Of a DNA stretch of 64,000 nucleotides, positions 12,151 through 26,372 are shown in pieces. How positions within the stretch are numbered: position 1 is the stretch's first letter; the number at the start of each line of letters is the position of its first letter. Where the stretch lies: positions 42,596,001 through 42,660,000 of the forward strand of contig NC_045696.1 in assembly GCF_009834535.1 (NCBI RefSeq), read 5' to 3'. The notes beneath the pieces are model-generated. The model saw nothing but the letters and a program-made list of their open reading frames with translations. It had not been told where the DNA came from and did no database searches. The position numbers and the translations under genes are program-made. The DNA comes from Camelus ferus (lineage: Eukaryota).

Positions 12151-14749
12151 ATGTGAATGTCATAAAAGAACATTACTTTTTATTTCCTTACTTCCTTGAA
12201 AATTGATATTTAAGCATTGTAAAAGCTAACACATTGAAATTACTCTTTGGAAAATTATGGAAGAGTTTAGAAACTGCAATTTTTCTACAGAGCAGAAAGC
12301 AATAAGCTTTTACACATATGGTTCCAAAAGAAAAATTCTGAATTATTATGTTCATGGACTGTGCTCATAAAATTGCCCACATGTAACAAGTATAACTTGC
12401 TTTAAAATAATCCAACAGGACAGGGCAGCAGAATGCAGTATGGTCTGTGTAAAGACCTGCTTACTGTAAATACATGGAAAATTATTTCTTTCCATCATGT
12501 TGCCTGTGGATAATTCAGTTTGAGTTTGAGTTAAAATTTTTAGAACACATTGAAATAATTTTTCCCAAATGATTATCAAAAACATGGGTATATTTAAACA
12601 ATAAAAACAAACATCTATTTACATTTTTTACCATACAAATGACCCTGATGATTGTGTGCAATGTTAAATATTGAGGCAACTAAGGGACTTTTTTCTAATT
12701 CTCAAAGGTTGTAAAATATGCATCAGTTATTTTTTCATCAACTATTTTTGAATAGCTACAGTTGGGCGCAGTGCCAGGTGACATAGCTATAATAGTAAAC
12801 AAAAAAAATGGGCTTTAACTTGATGATGCCTTCTGTCCAGCTGAGAACTTATAACAACAATGCTATAATGATAACATTTATTGTTAACTATTAGTGCCAG
12901 ACCTGGTCCTAATCACCTTATATTCATGTTTTCATTAACACCATAAACCTGGGAGGCTGATGTCTGGGATAAAAGGGGCAGTGATATAAATGATAGAATG
13001 AGTTAGAGCTTGGAAGAACTCAAAGGTCTGATAAACAACATTGGTAAATTATAAAAAGGAAAATCCACTGAAGCTTAAAACAACAAAATTCTTGTTTAAA
13101 CTGTATAGGAGAGACACGGAAGCCCAAGATACTGACCTATTCAGAAGGAAATATAATGCTAGTCTGCTGCTTGCTGCTTCTGGAAAAAAATTAGCTACAC
13201 AGTCTTCTTAATGGACCAGTTCCTGGTACTCGACTTACATATAGACTAAAAGAGAAATAATTTTAAAAAATTAAATGATTACTGGAGAAAATGTAAATGT
13301 CAGAATCAAGTTACAGTTGATGGGTGCTGGGGGATGGAAAAGGATGAGGGAAGAGATGAGATTGCACAGAGAAAGGCATCAAGAGAGACTTTCTGTAGTT
13401 GATGGAACTAGAGAGATGCAGTTGAAGAATGTTAATTGAGGTCACAGAGCTCACTTCTACTAAGGTAGAGGAAGGGAGATGCAGGAGGTAAGAGAAGTAA
13501 GAGTTAAAACTCCTCTACTATAGTGAGAAGATGGTAGACAATGTCCTAAGTTAATGAGCCAAATGTTATACTAAAAATGGTACACTTTTTGAGGGAAAAA
13601 AATCACACACCTAGAAGTGGCTAAATGTGATTGTTTCTGAAATGTACAAAGGACTGGGAATGAAGGTGAAAGTATCTTTTTACCACAGACCTTTATATAC
13701 TACTTGATTATTATTTTCTTTAAAAATAAACCAGAATCTTTTATTTTGTGTAAGAAAGTTCCCCCGTAAGTAATTCATAAATTTCAGTTCTTCGCTTACC
13801 CGAAAACCATTCATTGAGCATATACTTTATGGAAGGGTGAATTTTACTTGAAAGAAAATAAGATTTTTGAGGATGATGGTATGTTTAGCTGAAATGAATT
13901 TCTGGTCCAAAAGTTAAGATTTGTCTGTTTGTATGTATATAATATATTCAGTGTCTGAGAATGTGAAAAATGACACGAGTAGAACTATCATCAAGATATA
14001 TGTCTAAGGTTTGATAGTCATGAAGCTATTTATTTTAATATTTTCATGCATCTAAACTTTATCCTTGATTTTTGTTCTTAGAAATCATGAAAAATGGTTG
14101 ACAGTCACCATCCAGATACGTCTTTCACGTGGACCTAGTGTTAAAGAAATTTGACCCCCAAAATTCATCCTTAGCTCTGTTTAGAAAATATACTCATTTA
14201 CTGTGTATGTTGCACATGGTGCTGACCAAGAGATTATAGTTTGTAAGCATTTTACTTGCTGCAAAAAAAAAAAATCCATTAAAGCATTCTGGTACAGTAA
14301 CAATGCAATGCCTGTAAAGAGAATGTTTCCCAATTTAAAACCTATTCAGAACTTTTGGAAATTGTTGAAAATAATCGTTGATCTGTGGTAGTTTATTTTA
14401 AAAGATTAGACTTGCAACATAATACCCATGATTTCTGCATCTGTAATCAACATTGTATGGATTTAAAAGCATACAGGCAGCAAGGAGTCTAAATAAAGCG
14501 AGTACCTAAAAGGCAAAATTTAGGAGATGCTCATGGCCATAATTTTGTTAGAACAGCTGCCTCAGATAGGACGTCTTACCTCCAGAATCTTCTTTCCTAT
14601 GATGTTTAAGGAAAGAACACAGGCTTTGCTATTAGTTGGCAAAAGTGGAACAGGCATTTGGGGGCACAGATTGTCTCAATTTATGCATCTGCAAAATGAA
14701 GAAGTATTAGTATCAGTCACTGAATCACTAACAACACTGTTGAACACCC

Positions 14750-14965
14750 AACAATAGTAGCTAACATGCACTGGGCACTTACTGTCTGGTAGCTTCTGTT
14801 TTAAGTGCCTGTACAAGAATCTCTGTTGATCCCTCCAACTATTAGCCTCCACCTTTTAAATAGGAAGGCAATGAGGGTCACAGGCACCCTAGTTCTTCAT
14901 GCTAAGTGGTAGAAAAGAAACTGAAACCTATCTCTAATTCCACAGCCCTTGTTCTTAAAATGCTA
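14750..14965 (-). mobile_element. MIR SINE
   Basis: atagtagctaacatgcactgggcacttact...attagcctccacc...ctaagtggtagaa. Confidence 0.55.
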
Positions 14966-15544
14966 CCCTAGGTTACCCACTTCAGTAGGTGAATTTAAGG
15001 GTTCTCACAGTTCAAATACTCTGTTAGTAGCCCTAACTCCTGTACCCTGGACACTTGGGGTGGGGGCTCACAGCCACTGTAAGACATTCATGGTCCACAT
15101 GTGTCCAAAGCAAAATCTGTAGACTGGATAATATTATACACATGCATAAGTATGATATTTCAAGAGTAAATAGATGCCATGTGATTAATGTAAAACAAAT
15201 GTAGTTAAATAATTATTTGAAACATGTTTCTTTTTTCTAGTCAGCAGTTTCTAAAAGTACACTTTATATCATTACGGAAAGTGATAGCTATTTTGGTGTT
15301 AAATAGGGACCGTTAGACTCTGGTTCACTGCAGGACTTCTGGTGTACCATTTCCATAGACCCCCTCCCCCCCAACGTGGAGAAGATCCCGTGGAGTTGTG
15401 CGTACACAAGTTTTATCATTGTAGGTGTCCAAATGCAAAGTCTGGAATTTAGCATTTTATTGAAATAGACATTTTATTGAAAAATGAGAGCTCATGCTTC
15501 ATTGTACTGCCTTTGTACTACCAGAAAGCTGCCTTTGGAGATAC

Positions 15545-15945
15545 GTATTTAAGACTATTTGGCTAGAAGTCATAGACTGAAGCAGAAACAATGATGGCAA
15601 ACAAGATAGTAGTTTATTTCTAGGACTGGTGTGTCTTGTCATTGTGTCAGGGACCATGTTTCTTCCCTGTTGTCCTGCCATTCACAGCAGGCAGCACTCT
15701 GCAGTGACTGCTGAAGCTCCAGCAATCATGCCCACATTTCAAACTATAGGAAAGAGGACCAGGTGAAACAGGCTTGCGTCTCTCTCTAAGGACCCTTCTT
15801 GGAAATCCTTTTGCCTATATCTCATTGGTCAAAACCTGACCACATGATACAAGGAGACTGTATATATTCTAGCTAAAACTTCAGTATTTGGGAGGAAAAG
15901 AAGGGGAGAATGGATATTGGAAAAACATTAGCAGTCCCTGCAAAA
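15545..15945 (-). mobile_element. Old MLT1 (J/K/L-like) LTR
   Basis: ctgctgaagctccagcaatcatgcccacatttca...tatatctcattggtcaaaac...gaaggggagaatggatattgg. Confidence 0.65.
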
Positions 15946-16266
15946 CATATTGGTTTCTGGTCCTATCACTTTCCTTTATTTCCAAAGCGTCTCTCAAAAC
16001 TTCATATCCTGCTCAGATTAAGATTTGCTTATCTTTACTAGTGGTTAGTCCTAATGATTCAGTAACAAAATTTTTATGGTTTCTTTTAATGTTTAACCCG
16101 ATAATAAATGTGGGTACACACTGGTAAACCTTAAAACCAAGTTTGGAAATATCTTACAGATTCAAGGAAAAGCAGGCAATACTTGACTATGTCTGGTTGG
16201 AAGAATGATGTTTCTCTTCCTTGTCTCTGGGGTGTTCAGAAAAGGACCGTAACTCTTTGTGCTGCC

Positions 16267-17045
16267 TGTGTTGGCTGGTCAGGGCTGCCATAACCAGGTA
16301 CCACAGACCGGGTGCCTTAAGCAGCAACAGAACTTTGTTTTTTTACAACGCTAGATTAGCAGTCTGAGATCAGCATGCTGGCAGGCTCAGTTTCTTCTAA
16401 GGCCTCTCTCTTTGGCTTCTTTTTAAAAAAAATTTTTTTAAATTTGTATTATTAATTATTTTTTTAATTGAAGTATAGTCAGTTATAATGTGTCAATTTC
16501 TGGTCTACAGCACAATGTCCCAGTCATGCAGATACATACATATATTCATGTTCATATTCTTTTTCTTTAAAGATTATTACAAGGTGCTGAATATAGTTCC
16601 CTGTGCTATATAGAAGAAATTTGTTGTTTTAATCTATTTTTATGTATAGTGGTTATCATTTGCAAACCTCAAACTTCCGGATTTATCTTTTCCCACCCCC
16701 TTTCCCCTGGTAACCATAAGATTGTTTACTGTGCCTGTGAGTCTGTTTCTGTTTTGTAGATAAGTTCATTAGTGTCCTTTTTCTTTCCCTTTTTTTTTTT
16801 TAGACCCCAATATGAGTAGATGGCTTTCTTCTCCTCTCATTCTCGCAAGGTCTTCTGTCTGTGTCTGTGTCCTAATCTCCTCTTCTTATGAGGACACCAG
16901 TCATATTGGATTAGGGCCCACCTTCATGACCTCATTTTAACTTAATTTTCTCTTTAAAGACCCTGTCTCCAAATACAGCCTCATTCTGAAGCACAGGGTT
17001 TAGGACTTCGACACACGATTCTTTGGAGGGACACCTATTTTCCTG
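16267..17045 (-). mobile_element. MLT1B-like MaLR LTR interrupted by an L1
   Basis: agggctgccataac...ggcctctctctttggctt | agatggc...cttatgaggacaccagtcatattggattagggcccacc...gaccctgtctccaaatacag. Confidence 0.85.
16418..16817 (-). mobile_element. Young L1 3' end (camelid/artiodactyl type), nested in MLT1B
   Basis: T-rich tail then aattgaagtatagtcagtt...aatatagttccctgtgctata...tttcccctggtaaccataag. Confidence 0.85.
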
Positions 17046-17129
17046 CTACCGCCCTGGCTTTTTCTTCATAGGCATGTGCCGGCTCTACTTCCTTTTGTCC
17101 TCTGGTTTTTCCTGCCAGCTCTTACTTTT

Positions 17130-17352
17130 CTATAGGTAATGTCACCCAACCTTCCCCTAAAGCTTCAGACTCCAGGGATTCTGATGGACAGCTCTACCTC
17201 AACACAGCTGGGACAGAACTCTTCATAATCTCTCACCCTCAGTCAGCTACTCATCTGTCTCAAAAACAGCACCAGCAATTACTGTCATTGCTTAGAACCA
17301 GAACTTTGGAATCATCTTTTATAGTTCTCGTTTCCTCACACCTGTAGTCAAT

Positions 17353-17388
<36 letters not shown>

Positions 17389-18230
17389 CCTAATGGCTCT
17401 ATCTTGAAATGTAAACTCCCAATTTCCAGCTTTCATTTCTCACCACTTCAAGAAGCTATCACCTTTGTTCAAGCCTACATCACCTCTTTTGCATAAACTA
17501 TAGTCATCCCTTTCTAACTAGTTCCCAGGCTCTTTTAATTTTTCCCATACCCTCTACAGTGATCTTTCAAAATTAGAATCCTGAGTGACGGTTACATGGT
17601 GTATATACATGTGAAAGGTCATTGATCTGCACAATTAAGTTTTTTTGTTCTGCTTTATGTAAATTTGTAATTCAATTTCAAGGAATTCAGAGAAAGCAAA
17701 CATGGTTCAGTTCATTCTTTGTCCCTGCTCAGAGCTCTTCAGTGACTAAACATTATCCTTCAGACGCTCTACAAATTCAGTATTATATGCCCAGTCGAGC
17801 CCTCCAAGTTTACTTGTCACTTTCCATCATTTACCCTTCCCTGTTCACACTGACCTTCTTGCTATTTTTTGAATGCACCAAGTTAATTTTTGTCTCAGGA
17901 TCTTTTCCTGCTTCCCCAAACACTCTTCTTTTTAAATCACTGTCTTCACTTCTCAAATATCAGAAGGTCCTTTAGAGAAGGACCTACTTTAGAGAAGGTC
18001 CTACTTGATGGCTCTGTATCAAATAGTAGACCTACCCCCATCCATTATTTTTTACCTTCTTCACTGCTTTCTTTTCCTTCACAGAAATTACCAAGGAATC
18101 CTGGTTATTATATCATCTATTTATTCCTTCCTTTAACTTCTGTCTGTTTTCTCCACTAATGTATTCCCAGGCCTAGCACAATGCTTAGTGTGTTGTATAT
18201 ATTCAATGTGTATTTATTGAATGATTTAAC
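17130..18230 (+). mobile_element. L2 LINE 3' region (decayed)
   Basis: CT-rich L2 motifs (aactttggaatcatc, catcacctc) ending tattcccaggcctagcacaatgc...tatttattgaatga. Confidence 0.65.
17358..17387 (+). repeat. Poly(A)30
   Basis: Uninterrupted A run. Confidence 0.9.
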
Positions 18231-19907
18231 AAAATACATATGTAAAAAAACCAAATTTTAAAAATCATTTTGACTGCAATTTTGAGACCACTTCAAATAC
18301 AGTTCAGGGTTTGAGATGTTCTCTCTGTTACACCAATTCTCCATTTTCCTTTGCGTACAGACCTCCAGCTTAATAGATCTACTTTCACTTTTTTTTTTTT
18401 GCAATTTAGATAAACTTTACTAAATTTGATAAAAAATATTACTCAATCTCAAGTACAATCAGGCAGATAAATTTCATTGAGCACATACATACTTTTTCTC
18501 TAAATATTTGTAGCTAAATTAGTCCCATTACTTAAGACATTTGAGTACAAATAATGATGCAACTACAAATGTCCTTTCTTTATGTTAACAATATATGTCC
18601 CAAAATGTGGTCTGTAATAAGTTTTTGGCAACTTTAATATATTAGGGGATATCTCCCTGTTTATAAAAATAACACTCTGAAGGCTTTTGTAAAACAAAAG
18701 AGGAATTTATGATATGAATAGTTGGTCTCTAAGCTTCCATACGTCAGTAAACTTGGAAGAATCTTAATTTCCTTGACCCTTTTATACATACATATAAAGA
18801 ATGGTTCTAATAGTAATAGTAATAACAATGATATGGTCACAGAGTTATTATATCAAAGGTTAATTACAAGATGAAACAAAATAATTATGAGAAATTATAT
18901 TATAAAGTACAATAGTATAAGTGCTAGAAATTATCCTTTAAATCAGGCAAATATTTGAGGGCTTATGATTTGAAGTACAGTGAGGAAACAAGGAAAATAA
19001 TTATTTTAACTCTAAGATAAGAAAGCTATTTTGAACTGAAAGTTGGAGAAATTTTCTCTACTGGAAGCTAATGAATGTCCTGATAAATATAACAAATAAA
19101 TCTTGTCAGTAAAAGTAAATTTCATAATCTCTTCTTTTTTTTTCTTAGTTTTTATTTTGGTTCAATTGATTTTCTAGAAACTTAGCTTTGGCATCATGTT
19201 CTGAAGTTTTCCTTCTCCACTGAGAAACCAAAATTGAATTCTTTATCTTTCTAATTCTCAAGAAATACCTTTCAAAGTGTTGCTTGAAACTGTAGAAAAA
19301 CTAACCAACACGATCTCAGGTAGAAATACTTTATTTATCTACATACCCTTGTTCTCTCTAGCCTATGACTACAAATAAAGCTATACTTCTTTATTTAATC
19401 AAGGCATATTGGCATAAGACCGCATACACTTCTTTGTCAAAATAACTTCTGCAGAGAAGGTCCGTAACGTATTTCAGAGAATTTCTCCAAAGTACTGCTT
19501 CACATGTCACCAAAACAAGATCTTCAGATTCTTTGACTCTTGGGTTCTTTCTTGCCACCCGTCTGCTACAGCTGTTGCTGAAGATGCTTGTGAATTACGA
19601 GTTCTCCTGGGCAAAGTTATCCATGTTAGCGATGCCACCTCTGTCCCTATTCCTATCTCGGGTGGGGCAGCTACTCACTAACCTGTCCGAAGGTCAGTCT
19701 TAACTCTTCTTGCCTCCTGCCCCGTTGGATTCTCTGGAAGCCAGACCCTGTACCACCCTGCTGTGACTGTCAGGGGCAACCTTGCTGCTGTCCTGCTGCT
19801 GGCAGGGTAGGAGCTCACTGCCTCCACTCATTTCCACACTGTTTCCACATGACCAGGAGGCTATCATCCCCTAGCAATCACACCAGGCCTTTCTACTCTT
19901 TGGAGTT

Positions 19908-20489
19908 TGTAATGGTTAATTTTAGATGTCAACTTGACTGGGCGAAGAGAGGCCCAGATAGCTGGTAAAATTTTATTTCTGGGGTTATCTGTGAGAGAAT
20001 ATTTCCAGGAGAGACTCATACTTGAATCAGTAGACTGAGTGAAGAAGATCCACCCTCACCACTGTAGGTGGGTATCATGCAATCTGTCGAGAACCAAATA
20101 GAACAAAAAGGGAGGTTGGAGGGAAGGCAATTTTCCCTCCCTCTTGAGCTGGGATGTCCATCTTCTCCTGCCCTTGAACATCAGAGCTCCTGGTTCTGGA
20201 ATGAGGGTCTCTAGGACTTATTCCAACTGTCCTACCCTCCGGACTCCCACCTCTTCTCAGGCCTTTTGCCTCAGACTGGAAGTTACACCTTTGGCTCCCT
20301 TCGTTCTCAGAGCTTTAGACTCAGACTAAATCGTACCCCCAGTTTCCTGTTTCTCCAGTTCTGCAGAGGGTAAATCATGGAACTTCTCATCCTCTATAAC
20401 CACGTGAACCAACTCCTATAATAAATCTTTCCTGTGTATCTGTATCTGTCCTATTGGTTCTGTGTCTCTTGAGAACCCTGATTAATAAA
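19908..20489 (+). mobile_element. MLT2B-like (ERVL) solo LTR, full length
   Basis: TGTAATGGTTAATTTTAGATGTCAACTTGACTGG...ctattggttctgtgtctcttgagaaccctgattaata; perfect TSD GAGTT (19903-19907 and 20490-20494). Confidence 0.9.
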
Positions 20490-22094
20490 GAGTTCATTCC
20501 ACTTTGGCTCCAAGTCCTATGGAAAAGTCCCTTCTCAATTGTCTGTTCAAACTTGTTGCCTAGTGATCTACCCCAGGATCAACCACAACCCAGGATGATT
20601 GACAGTGGGTATATACCATACACTTCAGAGGTAATTCCATCTCTACCCACCAGGTCATAGAATGAACCCATGGCTTTGATAAGGCCATTAACAATTAACC
20701 CGAGATTGGTAAATTTCCTGAAATCCAACAGTTCAGCCTTTCTTATGATCACTTTGTTACTTATATTAAAACCAGTCTGGTGCTAGATATTTTGAGAGCT
20801 TTTTAAGTTTGAGCTGAATGACTGTCCAGGCTGAATAGAGTTAATAAATCTCAGCAATGAAACTCATTTTGTTAAAGGCTATCAGTAACTAAGTACATAA
20901 CATTTTATAGTGTACCTAACATTCTTGATGATTAAACTATAGGCAGTAACTCATATATCTGCTAATTTCCCGATTTTTTTTTGCTGATCATCAGAACATA
21001 CTGGTTATGACTTAGTGATCACATCAGTCATGTCTTCGATAGTAATGATCTTCAATTTGCAGATTTCTTAAGTATAAGATACATTATAAGCATACTTGTT
21101 CAAAAATATTGAGGGTTGATATATGAGTGTGTATGTAGTGTAAAATCGTTGTTTTTACAGGTTACTACCTTTTACAGGATATGATGGTCTCACCTGGAAA
21201 CAAATCTTGCATTCAGGTACTCTTTGTTCTTATCACTCTGCTATTAAATAATTGCCTAAAATTTGGGGAGTATCTAAAAGAGAATATTATGTAGTAAGAA
21301 TTACAGGACTTAATTCTTTTCTCAGATGTTCAAATTCATATTGACTTTAACTCTTTTCTGCAGAACATCTATTATATGTGACCATTCATGTACAAATGAG
21401 GCTAAGTAATTATGCAGGGTATTAGCGTATTTGTGCTCAGTGACGTGAATTCCCAGTAACCCTCTGAGCTTTTATAAGAAAATGGAAAGAAATTGATATC
21501 CATTCAGATACCACAAAGGATGCTCTTTTATCTCACTAAGAGGCATTTCTTCAAGCTAACTTTAAGATCATAATGTGCAGATGCAAATGCAGGGAAAGTG
21601 ACAAAACCCCATACTTCACAGTGTCCTTTTGTACCTAAGAGTCTGTTTAGTTCACAGCAGAAGCTCAACAGTAACTTGTATTTGGAGTTAGGCAACACAG
21701 CCTGGTATTTAGTTCTAGTTTTATGCATTAATTTGCCAAAGACGTTGAGCCCCCTAGTTAATAACTTCTACATACCGAAGGCTCAGAAATACGTTTCAAC
21801 ATCTGTTGATCTTGTGAGAGGGTCCAAATAAATTGAAAGTACAGAGATGCTATAAGATCCTTGAGAGAATTTGCTAAGGGTCTCATGACATCAAGCAAAT
21901 TTGGTGACATAGCCTGAAGTGTAGGTGGTCAGTGATTCCAAGTACAGAGAGAGGCTGCATTTGAACTCATTCTGCCTAAGGCCCTCATACAGAATACCGT
22001 GTGCCTGTGAGTCCTCTTTCCTGTGGTTCTTGGGGCTCTTCACTGCCAGAATTCATCTCTGTTTTTTTTAACTAGCATTTATTGTTTAAATATT

Positions 22095-22205
22095 TATTTA
22101 TTTATTTGTTTGTTAGTTTGTGTAATGGAGGTACTGCAGATGGAACCCAGGACCTCATGCATGCTAGGCATGTGCTCTACTACTGAGCTATACCCACAGC
22201 CCCAC
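22095..22205 (-). mobile_element. tRNA-derived SINE (camelid Vic-1-like)
   Basis: ggaggtactg...gaacccaggacctcatgcatgctaggcatgtgctctactactgagctatacc with (TTTA)n tail. Confidence 0.85.
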
Positions 22206-22324
22206 CCCCATTCATCTTTTAATCTTTGATGCTTTTTGCTCTTCTAACGGTAGAAAAAGCCTTCCTGATCCTAAATGTTACTGTTGTAGCAAGGATACTA
22301 GCACCACGGTGGCATTATTTAGGC

Positions 22325-22455
22325 TTGGTTACAGTGTGTCCAGATTTCACTGGAATCGTCAGGATGTACAGTTTGTGCCAGTGTAATTATAAATAACATC
22401 TCCTTTGACTCTCAAAATTGTCCGATTTTGGACAACAAATTATAATTTCACCCTA
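22325..22455 (-). mobile_element. MER94-like hAT-Blackjack element
   Basis: gtgtaattat...cctttgactctcaaaattgtccgattttggacaacaaattataatttcacccta; a related fragment lies near 23305-23360. Confidence 0.7.
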
Positions 22456-22812
22456 TTGAGGATCCTGGTTTTCAATGTTCAGACCTCTTTCCCACAGGGT
22501 GCATGGGAACCCAAAGACAGATCATGAAGGCAAAGATTTCTGAGCTGCCTTCCAGTGTCCGCCTGTGCAATAGTCTGGGTGATCTAGAGAATGTTGGCGG
22601 GTGGCAGTGGCGTGCCTGGAACAGCAGCCCGAGGGCATCTATGCAGTGATGCTCTGTGGCTGTAAAAGTGGTCCCTCAAAACTGACATGCCCACGGGAGG
22701 CTCAAAGCAGAGCAGTGCCACAGCATGGGTGGCAATGTCAGAGACACATGTATAGTGACCAAATGTCCTGTTGGCGTGAAATGATCCAGGCATAAATATT
22801 AGTGGGTGCTCC

Positions 22813-23260
22813 TGTAGTGGGTGCTGTTAGTGGCTCACCCAGATTCTTTTACAGGCTGATGCACTCGTATCTCAGTAGCTGTGAATGTGGACTGCTGATG
22901 GCTTGCAGCTGACACTACACCAACACCCCCCCACCCCGACTTTGCTGAACACATAGGCACATGCGCACGAAAGTGCCCTCAGCTTAGAGAGGAGTGTTTC
23001 TCCAGGAGTGACTGATCCATAGTCAATGGCCAACAGAAACAGGTGCAAAAGATCCACCCCACCCGCTCAAGACGGGGACACCTTTATAGAGTGATTTATG
23101 CCGCAGAGACTCCTGTGGATGAGGCTGGGACCAGACCTCAGTGAGACCCTATCCTTGCTCAGTTCCTGCCAGCCTTCCTCTTCCACTTCCCTCACTCCCT
23201 TATAGGTTTATCCTGAAGGGCTTTCCCTCAGTAAATCAAATGCACGTGGATCCTTATCTT
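22813..23260 (+). mobile_element. LTR16-like (ERVL) LTR
   Basis: tgtagtgggtgctg...cacccagatt...cttccctcactcccttataggttt...tccctcagtaaatcaaatgcac. Confidence 0.7.
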
Positions 23261-24059
23261 GCAGAGGAGGGCGGGTGCTTTACTGCTAAGCGACTTGACT
23301 TAAAGCAACCTCCTTTCACTCTCAAAAGTGTCCCAGTTTGGATGATAAATTTACCCTAGACATCAGTCTAGTGCCAGCCACACCAGCAGAGGCAATCAGA
23401 GTGAAGTTTGGACAAAACAGTGAAATTGCAGGAGAGCAGCAGGAAGGCAGAGAGAAATGGGAAGAGACTGTGGGGCAAACCATATGTCACTCTAGGCATT
23501 TCCACAGCAACATCACAAAGCAGAGGGATAAGGTCCCGTGTTAATGTGTGAGAACTATTAATCCAGTGGACTTTGGGTTGAACTGTGAAAGTGAATATAT
23601 TTTGTATGATCCCAGGGGATATTGTTTATATAGATATTAATGTAACCCAGATGTTAGTTGAGATGACTCTGCCCTTTTAAGTAAGATAAAAAGTTTTAGC
23701 ACAGATTTATTACCTTATATCTTAGAGAGACCAATATGGTGCCCCAACACTTGAGCAAGTTCTGAGTACTTACAGTCTTTTTCCGACTCTGAGTTTTGCT
23801 TTTGCTGGACTAGATCTCACTCTCTTTGGCAATATGAAGACCCTTGATGACATTGAGACCTGATTCCATGGGCCTCATGGGTGAGGGTGAGGGGCTTAAC
23901 TGGAAGAGTGGGAGGTGAGAAGTGGAGATAGGAAAAAAAAGCTATTTAGAAGAGTTGACCAGAAAGAAGATTGGTGAAATGGGGCTGTAGATGGAAGGTG
24001 GCTTAGTGTCTAAAAATGACTTTCTCAAATATGGAAAGTATTGAAATACATTTCTATGG

Positions 24060-24295
24060 GGATAATAAAAATAGCTCATTCTTATATAAGGTACCATGTG
24101 CCTGAAACTAAGTGTTCTAAAAATACCGATTCATTTAATTCCCAATTTTTATAAGAATCTTTCATCTTACAGAGGAAATTGACTTACAAAAGAAGTCAAG
24201 AGTGAGGTCATGGTCATGCAGCTACTACAGGGTGGGGAGGGGACTTCAATCCCAGCCCTCTATTTCCAGATCCCACATCCTTAGGCACTGCTTCT
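24060..24295 (-). mobile_element. MIR SINE
   Basis: ataataaaaatagctc...ccatgtgcc...tcatttaatt...ttacagaggaaattga...ggtcatgcagcta. Confidence 0.6.
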
Positions 24296-26189
24296 CATAA
24301 AAATAGGAGTGATCATGTTGGGAGAGAGAAGGTGACGGAGAGAGAAGTGGGTATATTGTAGGAGCAAAATCCTGAAGGACGAGAAGAGGGTTGGGTCAGT
24401 GTGTAGGGGAAGGATCCCCTCCCTTAGAAATCAGAACAGTCTGTCTGCTGGACTGTAGATGAAGGGAGGCTGTCGGCCTTTGTGGTGACTCTTGTCTAGT
24501 TTTGTTCTGCTTATTTGCTCAGCGTAGTAAGAGTTAGGAGTAGAGAGGGTGGTATTGAAGAAGAGAGGAGATGGGTGAGATACTCTGTGAAATAATGGCC
24601 TCATTTCTTTCATTTCCCACCACAGACCTTGAAGAGGATGTCAGCCAAATCAAGGGGCCTCATAAGTGTAGGAACTTGGCTACTCCTTACCGTAGAGCTT
24701 GGTTGACGCCCATCTGTGCTATGGTTACTGTCTTAGTGATCCAGGAATTCTCTCCTTCATGAGGCTTTCTTCTCATGGCCAAATTTCATGGAAATGGATG
24801 AATGTCTCTTTTCCAAGAATTTTATTAAGGACACATGGAAATTAAAACAAGGTTTGAAGATGGCCAAGGGGTAAACTGAAGCATTTCACATGCCTCGTTA
24901 AAGCAAAATACCACAACTGGAAAAGAATGAACCTTTAAAATCAATCGTCTGAGACCTCAGCCCAGGAAGTTTTATTTTCCTACAGATTAAGCATGTCTTT
25001 CCATTTTCTTGGAAAGAGACCTGCTTGTAAAGTGTTTTATGTACAGTTTAAGTGCCCTTGGTGTGGTGTAACAGGAAAATGGGCATTGCTTTGTGAATGT
25101 TCTTTCCTTCTTACTCCCTGTCAAGATATGTCTTCAACTACTGATCCATTAGTGCCTGAGATGTTCAAATATACAAACACATGCACCATGAACATGTTTA
25201 AAATTTGGCAAGTAATGCAGTCATCCCTTCTACTACTCCTATTTTCATTTGTAGGAAGCATGCTTGACCTAGGCTCTTCTGCATATTAGTCTGAATGCCA
25301 GGATGTATTTAGCGCCATTTCTAAACCAAAACACACAACCATTCTGAGCAGGAAGCAAAAGGTACCAACGGTTTTTGCTTCACATGTCTAAATGACTAGC
25401 TCTATTTAACCAGAGACAAGTTTTCTCAAAGGTGTCCTAAAAGCCATTTGGCTCTTTTGTGTCCAACTGAAATTTCTAGTGGAAACAGTTAGCCAGTGTA
25501 TGCTTGGGAACCTAGCCATAGAAGTGGTGTATCTGCACTCTTATAACCTCCCTCCTTTGTGTCTTCTACCAGCATCACCACATCCTGCTTGATTGTTGAG
25601 GGACAATCATAGCCCTTAACTGCCTTATGTCTTGTCTCTTGCTAATTTCCTGTTGGTAGTATTCTTATACCTCAGCTTTCACTCTTTCACCTAATAGCTC
25701 CATTTTTCAGAATAATACTGAGATTTCACATCTCTATGCTGACCTATTAGAATGTGTACCCATGGGTGATGCCAAACCAAGGTATTTAAAGAAAAATTTA
25801 TTGGGCAACTATTAAAGATCACGTTGAAGATTTGTATCTGTTGCTGTGGGAATATATGTACAATATTATGTTAAGAAACAAAAGCAGATTATTTAAGAGT
25901 ACACATAGTATGACCCCATTTTGTATAAAAATTGTCTTTAAGTAGTTTGGAAGGATCAGTATCAGAATACAAACTGGTTATCTTTGGTAGCATGATGACA
26001 CTCCTAATCCCTTTGAATTGTATTCATTAATAAAAAGTATTTTACATCATTTAATATAAAGCATGGGGGGCAAGAGGCAAGGGATAGTTTTCCTTTCCAT
26101 GTGGCCCTTCATCTCTGAGAATTTTAAGTCACCCTGGGAATCTGTGTGTGAAGTGCCTCTCAGCTCTCATTATTCTGTGCATTCAGTTT

Positions 26190-26372
26190 AGCATGATGGT
26201 TATGGGCCAGGGTTACTTAACTGTCTCTGTGAATGTATGCAATTCCCTTAACTTGTATGTACCTCAGTTTCCTCACCTATAGAATGGGATAATAATGGCA
26301 TCTACATCAAAGTGTTGATTTGAGAGTTTAATAAATGTAAAAAGGCTTAGAACAAAGACCTAAACACAGTAG
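26190..26372 (+). mobile_element. MIR SINE
   Basis: cctcagtttcctcacctatagaatgggataataat...gcttagaaca. Confidence 0.7.

Noticed and set aside
17358..17387. Poly(A)30 as tail of a processed pseudogene
   Set aside because: No upstream mRNA-like sequence, polyA signal or TSD; it sits within L2-derived sequence.
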